Part shown: one piece after another, positions 10,576 to 22,236 of the stretch
Numbering within the stretch: the first letter of the stretch is position 1
Layout: each line of letters opens with the position of its first letter
Assembly: GCA_977862235.1 (NCBI GenBank)
Contig: OZ374560.1
Location: 124,001-188,000, forward strand
Direction: 5' to 3'
DNA: 64,000 nucleotides
From: Dudresnaya verticillata
Lineage: Eukaryota
Translations under genes and position numbers: made by a program
Notes under the pieces: generated by a model
What the model was told of the DNA's origin: nothing
Seen by the model: the letters and a program-made list of their open reading frames with translations, nothing else
Databases searched by the model: none

Positions 10576-11680
10576 CTAAAACTCACACATGTTTTCAGTT
10601 CTCCTACTGTAGCACTTCTGCTCCGGAATAGAAGTAAACGGAAACGCGGTTACTTCAAAGAAACGCGCAAGCTTTCTCTCTGTGATGTTATCAGGAACTC
10701 GTTTCATCCCCATGCGTACTCCGTGTCGCTTTGACACATCATAAGGATCACGAACAATCATTACAAGGCGTCGGAAACTACTTACGGGGATGCAATCCAG
10801 CGCGCAGTCGGTTTGGCAGTCCGGTGTATCATATTTGTGTCGTTTGTTCCCGTGCTCAAGAACAACCTTAGAGTTATTCGGATCGGGGTCAACTTCTACT
10901 AATCTCCGAACAAGAGCCATTTTGGAACTAATGCGACCTTTCTTCTCAAACATGGCCTGCAAGATACCTCTTCTGAGCTGGCCATGGCTGCAGTATTCAA
11001 TTGCGTCGAATCGCTGCTTTGCCTTGTACACATCTTTTCCGGCATAGACAATTTGGGAAACGGTTGTTGTCGGGCTGGTTCCTTTCCCTCAACCCAGCTG
11101 TACTACTGCACAAAAGTTGCGGACTTCTTTCGTATCCATGTTGGGGCGTTCGTTGCTGGGTATCTCATCTCCGCTACCTCCCTTTCCGCATCCTCAACGG
11201 TTTGGACAAATCGCAAAACTTCTCTCACGGCACTCAGCAATTCATATGAAAGGCATTCTGTTCTTTTCGCGATTGAATCCTGTTCAGGAGTGCTCTCCTG
11301 CTGTACGCCGCTATTCTGTATGCTTCCTTTCGGCGAAGGTCCCGACGTTGGAGTTCGTGTCAAGAGCAGCTGTGACGATACGGCCCCAGAAACTGGACTT
11401 TGTTCGTTGGAATGCGTCGCTCCAATGATAGTCCGTGCGGAAAAGAGCTGAGGGGCTACATCTTGGAGCTTATGATTCGTGCCCTTGTAAGCTTTTTTCG
11501 TCAGCTTATGCATGGTTTCGTTTGTGTCTGTTGCACCCTTGCGAAGACATCCGAAACTTAAAAGGTGAATCTTAACATGCCGCATGATCCCATGCAGCTC
11601 AGTGTTAATATTGACGTCAAGGGACTCGGCAAACAGCTTACCGGTGTGGTATAGACGCTGTGCGCAAAACGACTCCGTGG
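10576..11680 (-). pseudogene. Plavaka/CACTA-like transposase C-terminal remnant
   Basis: LHGIMRHVKIHLLSFGCLRKGATDTNETMHKLTKKAYKGTN resembles the H..H..FG....T..E..H..K.AY..TN motif of Plavaka-type transposases; ORF broken and cut by element B. Confidence 0.5.
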
Positions 11681-11685
11681 TCTAC

Positions 11686-12361
11686 TGTGGTAAAGTGAGA
11701 TTCGGCATCCAAGACGGTGGAAATGCATATAGTGTGGTCTCTACCGTTGTGAGACGTGTGAACGTGTATCCGTGTCGGTGTTGTGCGCATTGCTGTGCGC
11801 TGGTACGCATTGCTGTACAGTAGTGTAGCGCACCAACCATACCGGAGTATTTTTAGTATTTATTCTTTATTTTTAGTGAGTTTCTGTACAGTGTGTAGAG
11901 TAGCGCGCCAGCCAATGAGAATGCTGCGCATGTCCGTGTCGGAGATTGGAACCAGCAGGGCCGATTCCACAATGATTTCAGACCACTAGGGTCTGGCCCA
12001 CACGGACCGGACCGCTCGGTGCCACCCTGACTTGTATATCAGGGCGGCACCGCAGCGGCTCCTAAGGTAAACGGCAAAGCAACCCTTGAGCCTCAATCCC
12101 AATGTAGATCTTTCCTTTAGGGTTTTCCCCGCGCCGAGTCCGTTGCGGTCTACCACCACCACCGTTACGGAGTCCGTCCCGGCACTTTTACCCCCCCTTG
12201 TCTGTTGCTTCCCAATATCCGTTTCGGTTAGTCGCTCGCTGTTGTCCCATAACGGTGCAAACTGCTCTACCACCCCGTCGAGGTAGAGTTGCTCTCTCGC
12301 CCCGTGCAGGAACGTTACGCCAGCTGTCCGTTACGGAGTTCGTGGGTTTTAACTACACCCA
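11686..12361 (+). repeat. 5' LTR of element B
   Basis: Direct repeat of 35599-36272 with scattered substitutions. Confidence 0.95.
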
Positions 12362-13214
12362 TGTGGTGCAAAACGTCTAAGACGATGGACCGCCGAGCAG
12401 TTCGGGGCTCGGTGGGTAGCTGCGCCATCAGCGGTAGGTAGTCCCGCCGTGGGCGACTTGTTGGTAGAGCAAAGGAACACGCCTTGGGCGGACTGTAGAC
12501 GCCCGAGGCGGAAGGTGTGAAGGAAGGGAAAAGGGAACAGAAAGGAACAAAAGGAAAGCACGTCAAGGACGGATAGAGACGTGGAAGCACGGGAAGTAGA
12601 CGCTTAGCCGTAGGCAGCGGTAGGGTACGCGCGTGCGGAACGGGGAAGTCTGGACCAAAGCCGGCTTGTCCGGGATTTACTCTGCGTCTCAGACGGATTA
12701 CCTAATATACTACGTGAGCGACAGCGGCGGGCGTGGTGCGCGGGAACTCAGGACGCGTGTCGCGCCGTCGAGTGCCTGACACGTCGTCGTCGCCATGCAG
12801 CCGCGTGCGCGGGAGCTCAGGAGTAGCTTACAGACGCATGCGTGTAGCGGCGCGGGGAATCCGTATTCGGATCCAGATCCCTGCCAGCATTGCTGGCGCG
12901 CGGCCATTACAGGCGCGCTCCTTACATCACTGTGGATCCGGATGCCGGATCTCGATGTCCCATCCGGATCCGATCCGGATCCGGGCCAAGCTTACAGGCG
13001 GGCGCCTTGCGCCCGGCCGATCGGGATCGTGCATCCGGATCTGGCCGTACAGTGGGCGCGTGCGCCGCGCCGCGCGGGGTAACGGCGGCCGTATGCCCGT
13101 GGGCCAATCGTCCATGACGTGTTCGCGCGCCAACGGCGGTTGACGTGCCATCGATAGACGATGGCATATAATACGCTCACAGCGAAAAAGGGGCAGCCCT
13201 CCCCTTGCACCAGA
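12362..13214 (-). repeat. 3' LTR of element A
   Basis: About 8 differences from 24915-25767 by eye. Confidence 0.95.
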
Positions 13215-13671
13215 CGACCCCCTCGCAAAACGCGAACACGTCCGCCGCAAGCTTGCGTTTCTCTGCGGGTCCCATATCGTTGTGCGTGCGTTCCTGCGTT
13301 CCGGCTGTGCCGTGCTAACTTCGCGTGCTGCGCGTTGCGTCCGGCGAGCTCTCTCTCTCGTGCGTGCTTTTTTCACCGTACACCATCGCCGTTGGCGCCT
13401 TTCGAATCCCGTCAACGATGCCACATCCAATTCGTCGCCTGGGGCGTTTCAGTTGCATCGTCGTCGACGAGTTGTGTGAAGTTCATCGCCCAAGGCGCAG
13501 GTGTTTCCCGTCTGTGACGCAGCTTCATCGTAGTCGCCTGCGGCGCGGAACAAAAGGCGTCTTTGACGTAAGCCGAAAGGATAACCGCCGGTTGCGTGGG
13601 GCAAGAGTCGTCGTTGACGTTTGGTTGACCTTAAGCGCCAGTGGCGTAAACGAAGTTGCGTCGTTGACGAT

Positions 13672-15931
13672 ATGCCGACGTTCAAGTCGCGGCGCCCTCG
13701 GCCGCGCCGGTATACTTATCTCCATACGACTTCGTCGGGAAGAACCCGCAGGATCACGGGGACATCTTCGCGCAGGCCCCCTGGTTTGACCAGGAGGCCT
13801 TGCGCAATGAGGAGCTCATTGCTCATTGCGCTACTAGCGGATTTTTGCCGGGGGGACTCCCCCTTGCCGTCGTCTGGACGATGGATTGGAAGTTGCGCTG
13901 CGCGGTGCCGCCCGAGTGGCTGTGGGTTCGCGCAGGGCAATCGCGTGCGGGCGTTCATGCCAAGTTCGTCGCAGACGTGTATCGCCGCTCCACGCGTTAT
14001 CCGTGCTCGGCGTTAACGCCGACCATCTTCGAGTTTGATGCCGGTCAATACCGGACCAATGGCGAGATCGAGTATGGGAATCGTCTAGGGACGTTATCGC
14101 TCAAACATCTGAGCGTCTCGGCAGAGCCGCGTATCAGGCAGGAGGCGTACCTCCTGGGAGTACGCTTGAAAGCGGATTTTCGTTACCAACACCGAACGGG
14201 GACGTTCTTTTGGGAACGATGCATACGCTGGGAATGTGAAACGCGCCGCCGAAAGGGCGTCTTTGTGGCCTACCAGGATATGCAGGTCGATCATATCGAA
14301 CGCAGTAAGTTGCCTCACTGCTTCGTGAAGGTGCCGCCCGGTTGGCGAGAGTTCGAAATTTGCGAAGGTTTCGCTGCCGAACTTCCTCCGTGTCTCACGT
14401 ATATCGGGTCGGAGTTAATGACGGACCCGTACTCCAAGTGGGTGGCAAACGTAGCCTACGCTTGGATGTGGGAGGTGTATGACACCTTCCGCATTTATTA
14501 TCTGCCACCTCGCATAGTCGCGTCTCTTAGTAGCCTGGACCTAGCCGAGATACTCGGCGGGTCGAGGAACAGCCAGGAGTTCTGGGATTTGCGCTCAGTA
14601 GCGGATGAAATTAACTGGAACGACCCGACCCGGCGATGGTGCCGTTAGGGAACAACCGTCGTAAGACGAACCGCCCGCGATTCGCGATGAGTCGTACTCA
14701 CTCCGCCTGTGGCGATTGGATCCATTATAATCCATGGACAAAGCGTCGTACGGCGAAGAACGTTGCGGAGCGCCATCGCAAAACGGACCGCTTCACCCCG
14801 GGTAATCACCCGCGTGGTTTGCGTAAGAGCTGCGACTTTGTCGGTGATTTTCCTCCGCATTTGAGTGCCTTGATGGCTGAGGAAGATGCTTTTAACGCCG
14901 AGGGCGAACCGGGGAACCCGTCTGGGACGGCTGTCGCTACGCCTATGGCGGTTGAGTCATCTGCCGAGGCTGCGGCTCCATCATCAGCTTTGCCGCAAGG
15001 GTCTGCTGGTGGTGTTGTGGTGTCAGCTGGCTTGCCAGCTGTGGCACCCTTGGACCTCGCGGCTCCCGTCTCGGACGTTGATGGCGATGCCGTTATGGCG
15101 ACGCCAATAGTCGAGTCGGGTCCGCCGACCGTAACGCCTCAAGGCGGAGTATCGAACGTCATAGACGGAACTGTGAAGGCGCCCTCGGTGCCGGTCTGGA
15201 CCGAAGAATAGCGCCGCACCGTGCTCGCCTTGTTGCGTGCAGCGGGAGTCGCTACTAGCGGTTTGAGTGGCTCGCCCACTGAGTGGGTAAGCCAGTCTCT
15301 GGCGGCTGCGTCGCGTCCCCAGAGTGCGTCGGTGCCGGTGCCGATGATTGACGTAGGTTCTGCGTCGAAAGACGGTGCAGACGGAAAGTCGTCATCGCCT
15401 AAGGCGACTGGTTCAGCGTCCAAAGACGTAATTGCTACTGTACCGCCAGCGGCGAGCGAGGCAGATGTCGCTACAACGTCTCCGACGGTTGAGGAGGGCA
15501 CAGTGGCTCCTGCGTTGATGACGGATATAGAACCGATGACGCCAAAGGCGGGTGAGGGCTCTACGTCGGTTCAGACGGTTGCGACAGTTGCGCCGTCGGC
15601 GGTAGGTTCTGCGCCGCCGAAGGCGAGCGATGAGTTGAACTCTACGCCAAAGGCGGTTGCGGCTGCTTCGCCGTCCAAGGGGACAGTCCCTGCAACTACG
15701 CCGAAGGCGGATGTTATCGGGGCAGCGCCGGAGGCGAATGGACGACTTGGTTCTGCGCCGTCGGCGGTTGGTAAAGCCAAAGAGGCTTCGCCGCCTAAGG
15801 CGGGTGGTGAGTCGAACTCTTCGCCAGCGGCGCATATTACGCCTTCAGCTGTGGCGGTGGCGGTGCCTTTGCGGTCCGTCCCTGTTGCTGCTGTGGGTGT
15901 GCCGTCAGTGACGGAAGACGACCTCTATTAA
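13672..15931 (+). pseudogene. Accessory antisense ORF of element A (unknown Trp/Arg/Cys-rich domain plus Ala/Pro/Ser/Thr-rich tail), disrupted
   Basis: ORF pieces 13800-14648, 14636-15211 and 15221-15931 (last two in frame across a TAG); ATG at 13672 inferred from the homolog ending at 50028. Confidence 0.75.
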
Positions 15932-17562
15932 GAGGCGTTGAGGGAGTCCGCCGAGGTCGATGGTGCGGCGGGCTCGGCAAAACCGTCTGCGACGTGACGT
16001 AGTTAGCATCGTTTAGGGCGGAAGGCCTTCGCGGGGTGCGTATTGTGGTACCTTACCGGCTCCTTTGCGGAGTCGGGAGGTAAGGCATCGTACGTCGTTG
16101 GCGAATGTGTTAAATGTTCTGCGGCGTTTAGCTGCCGTGGCTTGTGGCTTAGGCGCGGGACTTCCCCGTTGCTTAGCCCGACTAAATTGTATCGTTGGTA
16201 ACGTAGTTTTTGGTTTCGTCCCGCTGCAACCATCGCGTTGCAGCCGTCGCGTCGTAGTGTTTTGCCACCGCGTCTTCCAGGTGTGTTAGCGAACTCGTGC
16301 TGCACGTATAGTGAGAAGTGGTGTCATTTCGGCGAGCGTTCACCTACTTCTTGTCTCGTCGTGATGACTTTATCGTATTAATCGTCGAGAGACGTTACTT
16401 GGGCGTTGTACCTCCCTCCTTGGTTCGCTGCGTTAGCGTTGTGTAGCGCGCCTGGGGCGTTGTTTTCGGAACTGCGTTTCGTTGACGGCAAATATTGTCG
16501 ACGTTGTCGGGGCCGAGCCTCTTGGTTATATTTCACTTAGCAAAGCGTTTCTTTGCGTTGCATTTCATCTTGCCACGCTCGACAGAGTCGTCATGGGGGA
16601 CTCGCTCAGAGCGTTGTTGGATGCTGTCGCGTTCGGTCCGCGGCTTGCGCGTGAGCGTGGGCCATTTGCACGCCAGGGGCGTATTATTTTCTCGCTTGGT
16701 GCGTAGCTTAGCTTCTTTAGCTTAGTTGTGCCTATCGTAGTTGACGGAGGTCGACGTGTGGTGGGTGAGGTGGCTTCTGGTGGGCGCGTTGCCTTGTTCC
16801 TCGTCTCTGACGTTTTCCTCCGAGGGTGGGGAATGGTCGTCGCGCGACCGTGTCGGCCATTCCCAGCGGCGGAGCCATTGCGCGTAGCGATTTGGTTGTG
16901 CGTCGTGCACGGAACCGTGATAAAGGCGTCCTCGATGACCATTCCCCTCCCGTTGTCGGCGGGTTCGGCGGCGTGCCCCTTCTGCGGGAGGTGCGTCGAC
17001 GGCGTCGTGCGTGTGTTCGTGCCCGGCCGAGCCGTTCGCTGGCTGGGTAAGGGAAGGCTGCAGCGACTTGGCCGTGGTGCGCAAGCGTGCGGCAACGTCG
17101 GGGGACGGTCCTCGCGCGTCGCGAAGTGCGTCTGGCGTCGTGCGTGCCGGTAGCACTAGTGCGGCCACTTGGCATACCGTGTTTGGCACAGTGGCCGATT
17201 GTCGGGTAGTGCGCCTCCCCTTTGTTTGGGCATTAAACTTTCCGGCTCTAGTCGGCGTCTGGTAACGGGATTGGTGAGGCGCGTACCTCGGCGAGTGATC
17301 TGAAGCCACTGTCAGCACCCTCGCATCCGGGGCGCTGTATGAGGGCCGTTTGGTGTGGTTGTCTTTGACGCCAGATTTGCGTCCTGCTCCGTCGGTGACG
17401 TGTGTGCTTGATTGTCGCCGCGGCGGGTGTGTCCGCGTCCACGCACGTTAGAGGGGGCTTCCACGCCGTTGGCGACGTTTGCGTGCCCGTGCAGTTTCTG
17501 AACGTCATTGTATTCGCTATTAGCGTTGTTTTCCTGATTAGGGTTATCCGCGCTGGGCGTCG

Positions 17563-20500
17563 TCAATATTTGGAGGCAGACGCGTGTGATCGCGGCAAAC
17601 TGGACACGGGCTCCCAGGTGTTCGCTGAAGCGGGGTATCCAAACCACTTGACGCGGTAGAGGATCTCACCATCATCCGCGTAGGCGTGCGACTCGATGCG
17701 TTCGATAACGTATTCTTTCCCGCTCACAGCGTTCTGCTTGGACCTGTGTCCTTCCAGCGCCTTTGGCGGTTCGTATCGTTGCGTTATGGGCGTCTGTTCC
17801 GGCTCGGCGAAGCGTACTCGACGAGTTGATCGCCGAAGGCGTTGGCCTTGGCCTCGAACGCTCGATCCGCGGTCAGTGGGTTGTTGCGTCTTGAGACGAG
17901 TTCATCGCTTGCAGCGCCTTGCTTCGTGCTTGCACGGTTAACGTCTTCGTTATCGGACGCGCTTTCAGCGGATTCATTGTTCTCATTCGGCAGTGCCGTA
18001 GCGACGTGTTCCAAACGGGTGCGAACCCCTGGGGTATTGTCGTCGTTGGAGACGGATTACGAAGCGCGGTCGTCGGGACCGGCGGCGAAGGGCGAAAGCT
18101 CTGCCAACCCTCGACTGCGTGACGCTGTGATCGTACGCTCTTGCGGATCTCTCGCAGTATGCGAAGTCTCTGCGTCCCCCTCCGGGTCCGCTGGTGGTGT
18201 GCTTGGGGTAGTCGTCCCTTCGTCTTGTGACGTGGGGGCGACTGCGTCCTGCTCCTCAGGCGGGCCTGATGGTACGACGATTGAAGGGGCCGCCTGACCC
18301 GGTGGGGTCGGCGGCCAGACCACGCGGTCTCGGGACAAACGTTCCCGCTCATCACGTCCCTTGTCGACGGTTACTGTCTCGTTATCAACGTGAGCTACCC
18401 GGTATGGTCCGTCCGCCACTGGCACCAGCTTATGCTTACGCTCTGCGCGATCCGTGCTCCCGCCTCGGGCGAAGTATTCCTTACGTACGAATACTAAGTC
18501 GCCAGCGGCGATTGCTTCCTTCGATTTCCTTAAGCGGGTATCGAAGTTTCGTTTGTAACGTGCTTGAGTTTTCTCTAACGACGCTTTAGCGGTTCCCATC
18601 AGTGCGGCCAGCCAGGTTCGCCACTTGGTGTAGTATTGCCCCGCGGTGGGTACGCTTTCGAGCTACGGTTCCGCTTCGAGCGATAGTGGCCGTGGTGGCT
18701 TGGACAGCACCAGTTCAAACGGAGCGAGATGCGTAGACGAATGCAACTGCGTGTTGTATGCGAACGTCAAGGCATCCGTGAACAGGTCCCAGTCTCTCGG
18801 ATGATCCGCAACGTAGTGACGCCGCGAGGCCAGGATAGTTCGATTGAATCGTTCTACCTGGCCATTGCATTGCGGATGGTACGTCGTGGTGAAGAGATTC
18901 TCCACGCCCAAAAGACGGCAGATATCCTGAAACAGCTTAGCCACAAACTGTGGTCCGTTGTCGGACAACAGTTTCTTGGGAGGACCGTACACGAAGACCC
19001 AATGTCGTACAAACGCCTTAGCGATTTCCAATGCCGTAATACTACGCAGTGGGACCGTCCGGACCAGCTTCGAGAAGCGGTCCACAATGACGAGTAGGAA
19101 CTTGTTTCCTCGCTTCGTGCGTATGAGTTCGCCCAGGATGTCGATCGATACGAATTCGAGAGTCTCGGTTGCCGGGAACAACTTCAATTGCTTGGTGTTC
19201 TTTCGCAGCAATACGCGATTCTTAGCGCAGGTTACGCAGTTGCGGACGGTCGCATAGCAGTCCACTGGCATCGATGGCCAATAGTATTCGCGTCGAAGCG
19301 TATGATACAACTTACGCCCCCTGGGTGCCCTGCAACTTGGCGTGGTGCCGGAGGTGGAGTAAGCGAGCGCATAACGTGGAGGGTACGACCACTTGCGGAC
19401 GAACTTCCACCGTTCGGACCAACAGACCCTGTTCATCCGTTGCGAACGGTAGCATGATCCCGTCATCCAGACGTTTCCTGACATCGTTACAGTATTTGTC
19501 ATCGCCTTGGGCGTGTACCAACTCTTCATGCGTCACTTGACGAAGGAGTACCTCATCCGCCGGTGGTGTGTTGTTGATCAACACTTGGTCGAACTCTTCG
19601 AACTCTCGTTCGGCGAAGTCGACCTCGCCTTCGGCGTCTGACAGATCGTCTTGTGACGTTTGATGGCCGCCTTCGACGTAGCTTCCGTGATAGCACGGTA
19701 TATCATCTTCAATGGGCTCGACGGTTTCTCCCTTCGTCTGTAGACGCGAAAGGGCATCTGCCTGAGTATTCAGGTACCCCTTTTGTACTTCACGACAAAG
19801 TCGAACTCGGAAAGGCGAAGGCGCCACCGCATTAACCGTCCAGAGGGGTCGCTGATTTCAATCAGCCACCTCAATGACGAATGGTCCGTATGGACTGTGA
19901 ACGACTCCATCTGGAGGTAAGGTCGCAGCGTCATGACGGACCATACTACTGCGAGGCACTCCTTTTCGGAGACCGAGTAGTTACGCTCTGGAGCGGTGAG
20001 CGAGCGGGACCAGAAGCCGAGTGGCTTGCGCTCCCCGTCGGGCTGCGTTTGAAAGAGAGCGCAGCCGACCTGGTACTCGCTTGCGTCACAGTCGACGGAA
20101 TAGGGGAGACCCTGTTGTGGTAGCGCCAGTATAGGCGGATGAGTCACGGCCTCGACGAGCGTACTGAACGCTTTGGCTTGGGTCTCATCAAACGGTTGTA
20201 ACCGGAAGTCCTGTTCCTTCCTCAGAAACTTGTTGAGGGGGGCAGCGACATACGCGTATCGCGAGACGAACCGTCGGTAGATGTTAGAAAGACCGAGGAA
20301 GCTCCGTAGCTCCTTCTGATCCCGTGGATGCTTGGCTTCGCGTAGCGCGGCAGTGACATTTCGGTCAACTTCTAACCGTCCTGGACGTATGACGTGTCCT
20401 AAGTAGTTGACGGTCGGGGTGAAGAAGTCACACTTGGTCAACTTCAAGGTCACCCCGGCGCGGTGCAATGTCGAAAGGATCTCGTCAACATGACGGAAGT

Positions 20501-22236
20501 GACTGTCGATGCCGCTGCAGAAGATTATTACGTCATCGAGGTAGACGAGGCACGAACGCCACTTGTAACCAGCGAGCAGTATGTCCAACGTTCGTTGAAA
20601 CGTAGCGGGTGCGTTCGTGAGACCGAATGGCATACGCTTATAGCGGAACAGTCCGGCGTGGCACTTGAACGCAGTCTTATTGCGGTCTCGCGGATTGATT
20701 GGCACCTGCCAGTACCCACTGTTACAGTCTAGGGTGGTGAAGACTTTTGCTTCCCCTAGACTGTCAATGCATTCGTCGATACGCGGCAGCGGGTACGTTT
20801 CCCGTATGGTTACTGCGTTTAAACGACGGTAGTCTACGCAAAAGCGGAGGGTCCCGTCCTTCTTGGGGGCGAAGACCACTGGTGACGCCCACGGAGATTG
20901 TGCGGGTTCGACAACCCCTTGACGCAGCATGCGGTCCTCTTCCGCTTGAGCGAGTTGTCTTTGCTTCGGCCCCGCTCGGTAGGGCGGGGACGATATCGGT
21001 CTAGAGCCGGGAAGCAAGTCGATGTAGTGCTCCGTGGTTGAGATTTCTCCCAACGAACCGTCCCACATAGACAAATACTTGCGTAACATCTCCTTAAGCC
21101 GACCTTGATGCTCGGCGGGGAGATGTCCCAGGTCCAGATCGTCTACTGACGGAGGTTTGGCAGTGGTTGCCTCGATAGACTTCGTGAAAGTATCCGGCTG
21201 TGCCGTAGTGTTATCGTTCGTTTGAAAACGGAAATCTTGGGTTGCCTTCTCTTCCTCGGCCTGTTCCTCTGTGAGGCCCAAAAAATCGGCTAGACTTACG
21301 TGACTGGGGAACACTGCTGTCGGATTTGGTAACGCCGTCGCGACGACTTGGCCCTTGGCCAGCGCCTGCGGGCGGGGAGAGAAGTTGGCAACCAGAATAC
21401 GAAACGCTTTTAGCGGTTCCACTTGAGCAATCCCGTTTGTAACGGCCAACCCTTGTTTGTCGTACAGCGTTCCGAACGGTTTAATTGTGATGATGCCGGC
21501 GCGCTCGGTGTTCACCGATACCCATTGCTGCGCCTTAGGCGGGATGATCGCGCGTTCGGCGACTCGGATCTTGGGCGACGTCCTCCCTTCGGCCTTGCCG
21601 TATTCCTGTTCCGTTGGTAACGGAGGATACGACGGAGGTCGGCGCAGCGGGCGGCGCGTTATAGGGACACGAGTCCCGTCATCCAATTCAACCTCGCGAC
21701 TTCGCGGATATATTGCTTCGACAAAGCGGTCGCAAAAGTCGCAGCCGTGTATAACCGGCGCAGCGAGTCGTTCGCAAACGATTAGTTCCAACTTGACGAC
21801 TATCCGTCCTAGACGAACGACCAGGTCGATGGTGCCTCTTGTCTAGATCGCCTTATTGTTGGCGTCGGCTATGACGGGGAGTCTCTTTGCCACGATGCGC
21901 GATCGCGCTTCCAGCGGAATGTCGTCAATGCGAATGAAATTCGGACCAGCCCCCGTGTCGAGGACAGTGCGTTTCGTGCCAAGGTACTAACGGTTGCGCC
22001 CAAATCGGCGTACACCTTATAGTTCCTCTTGGCCATTACGAACAACTGCCCTCGCGCCTGGGGGGCTGATACCGTCGCCATGGGCGTTTTAATGACGTCT
22101 TTGACGACTCTATCCGCCCGTTGGCATCATCAGTAACTAACTTCGGGCCCTCCTTCCGTGTCAGCACCCGAGGCCTAGGCCTCTCTTCACGGTGCGACAC
22201 CCCAGTGTCAGGATTTGGTGCCCGAGTTAGTTTTTC
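17563..22236 (-). pseudogene. pol: pol of element A: protease, RT, RNase H, integrase, chromodomain; several frameshifts
   Basis: VLDTGAGPNF (~21940-21968); FCVDYRRLN, LDCNSGYWQ, YLDD, DASEYQVG, EKECLAVVW (19770-21791); SDNGPQF, YHPQCNGQVERFN, GPY; EYVIERIESH...YRVKWFGYPASANTWEP (~17590-17720). Confidence 0.93.

Noticed and set aside
12710..13167. Near-identical ORF sets here and at 25263-25773
   Set aside because: Artefact of duplicated GC-rich LTR sequence.
16000..17500. ORFs between pol and the antisense ORF of A (possible env)
   Set aside because: Short, overlapping on both strands, no signal peptide/TM architecture and no second copy to test conservation.
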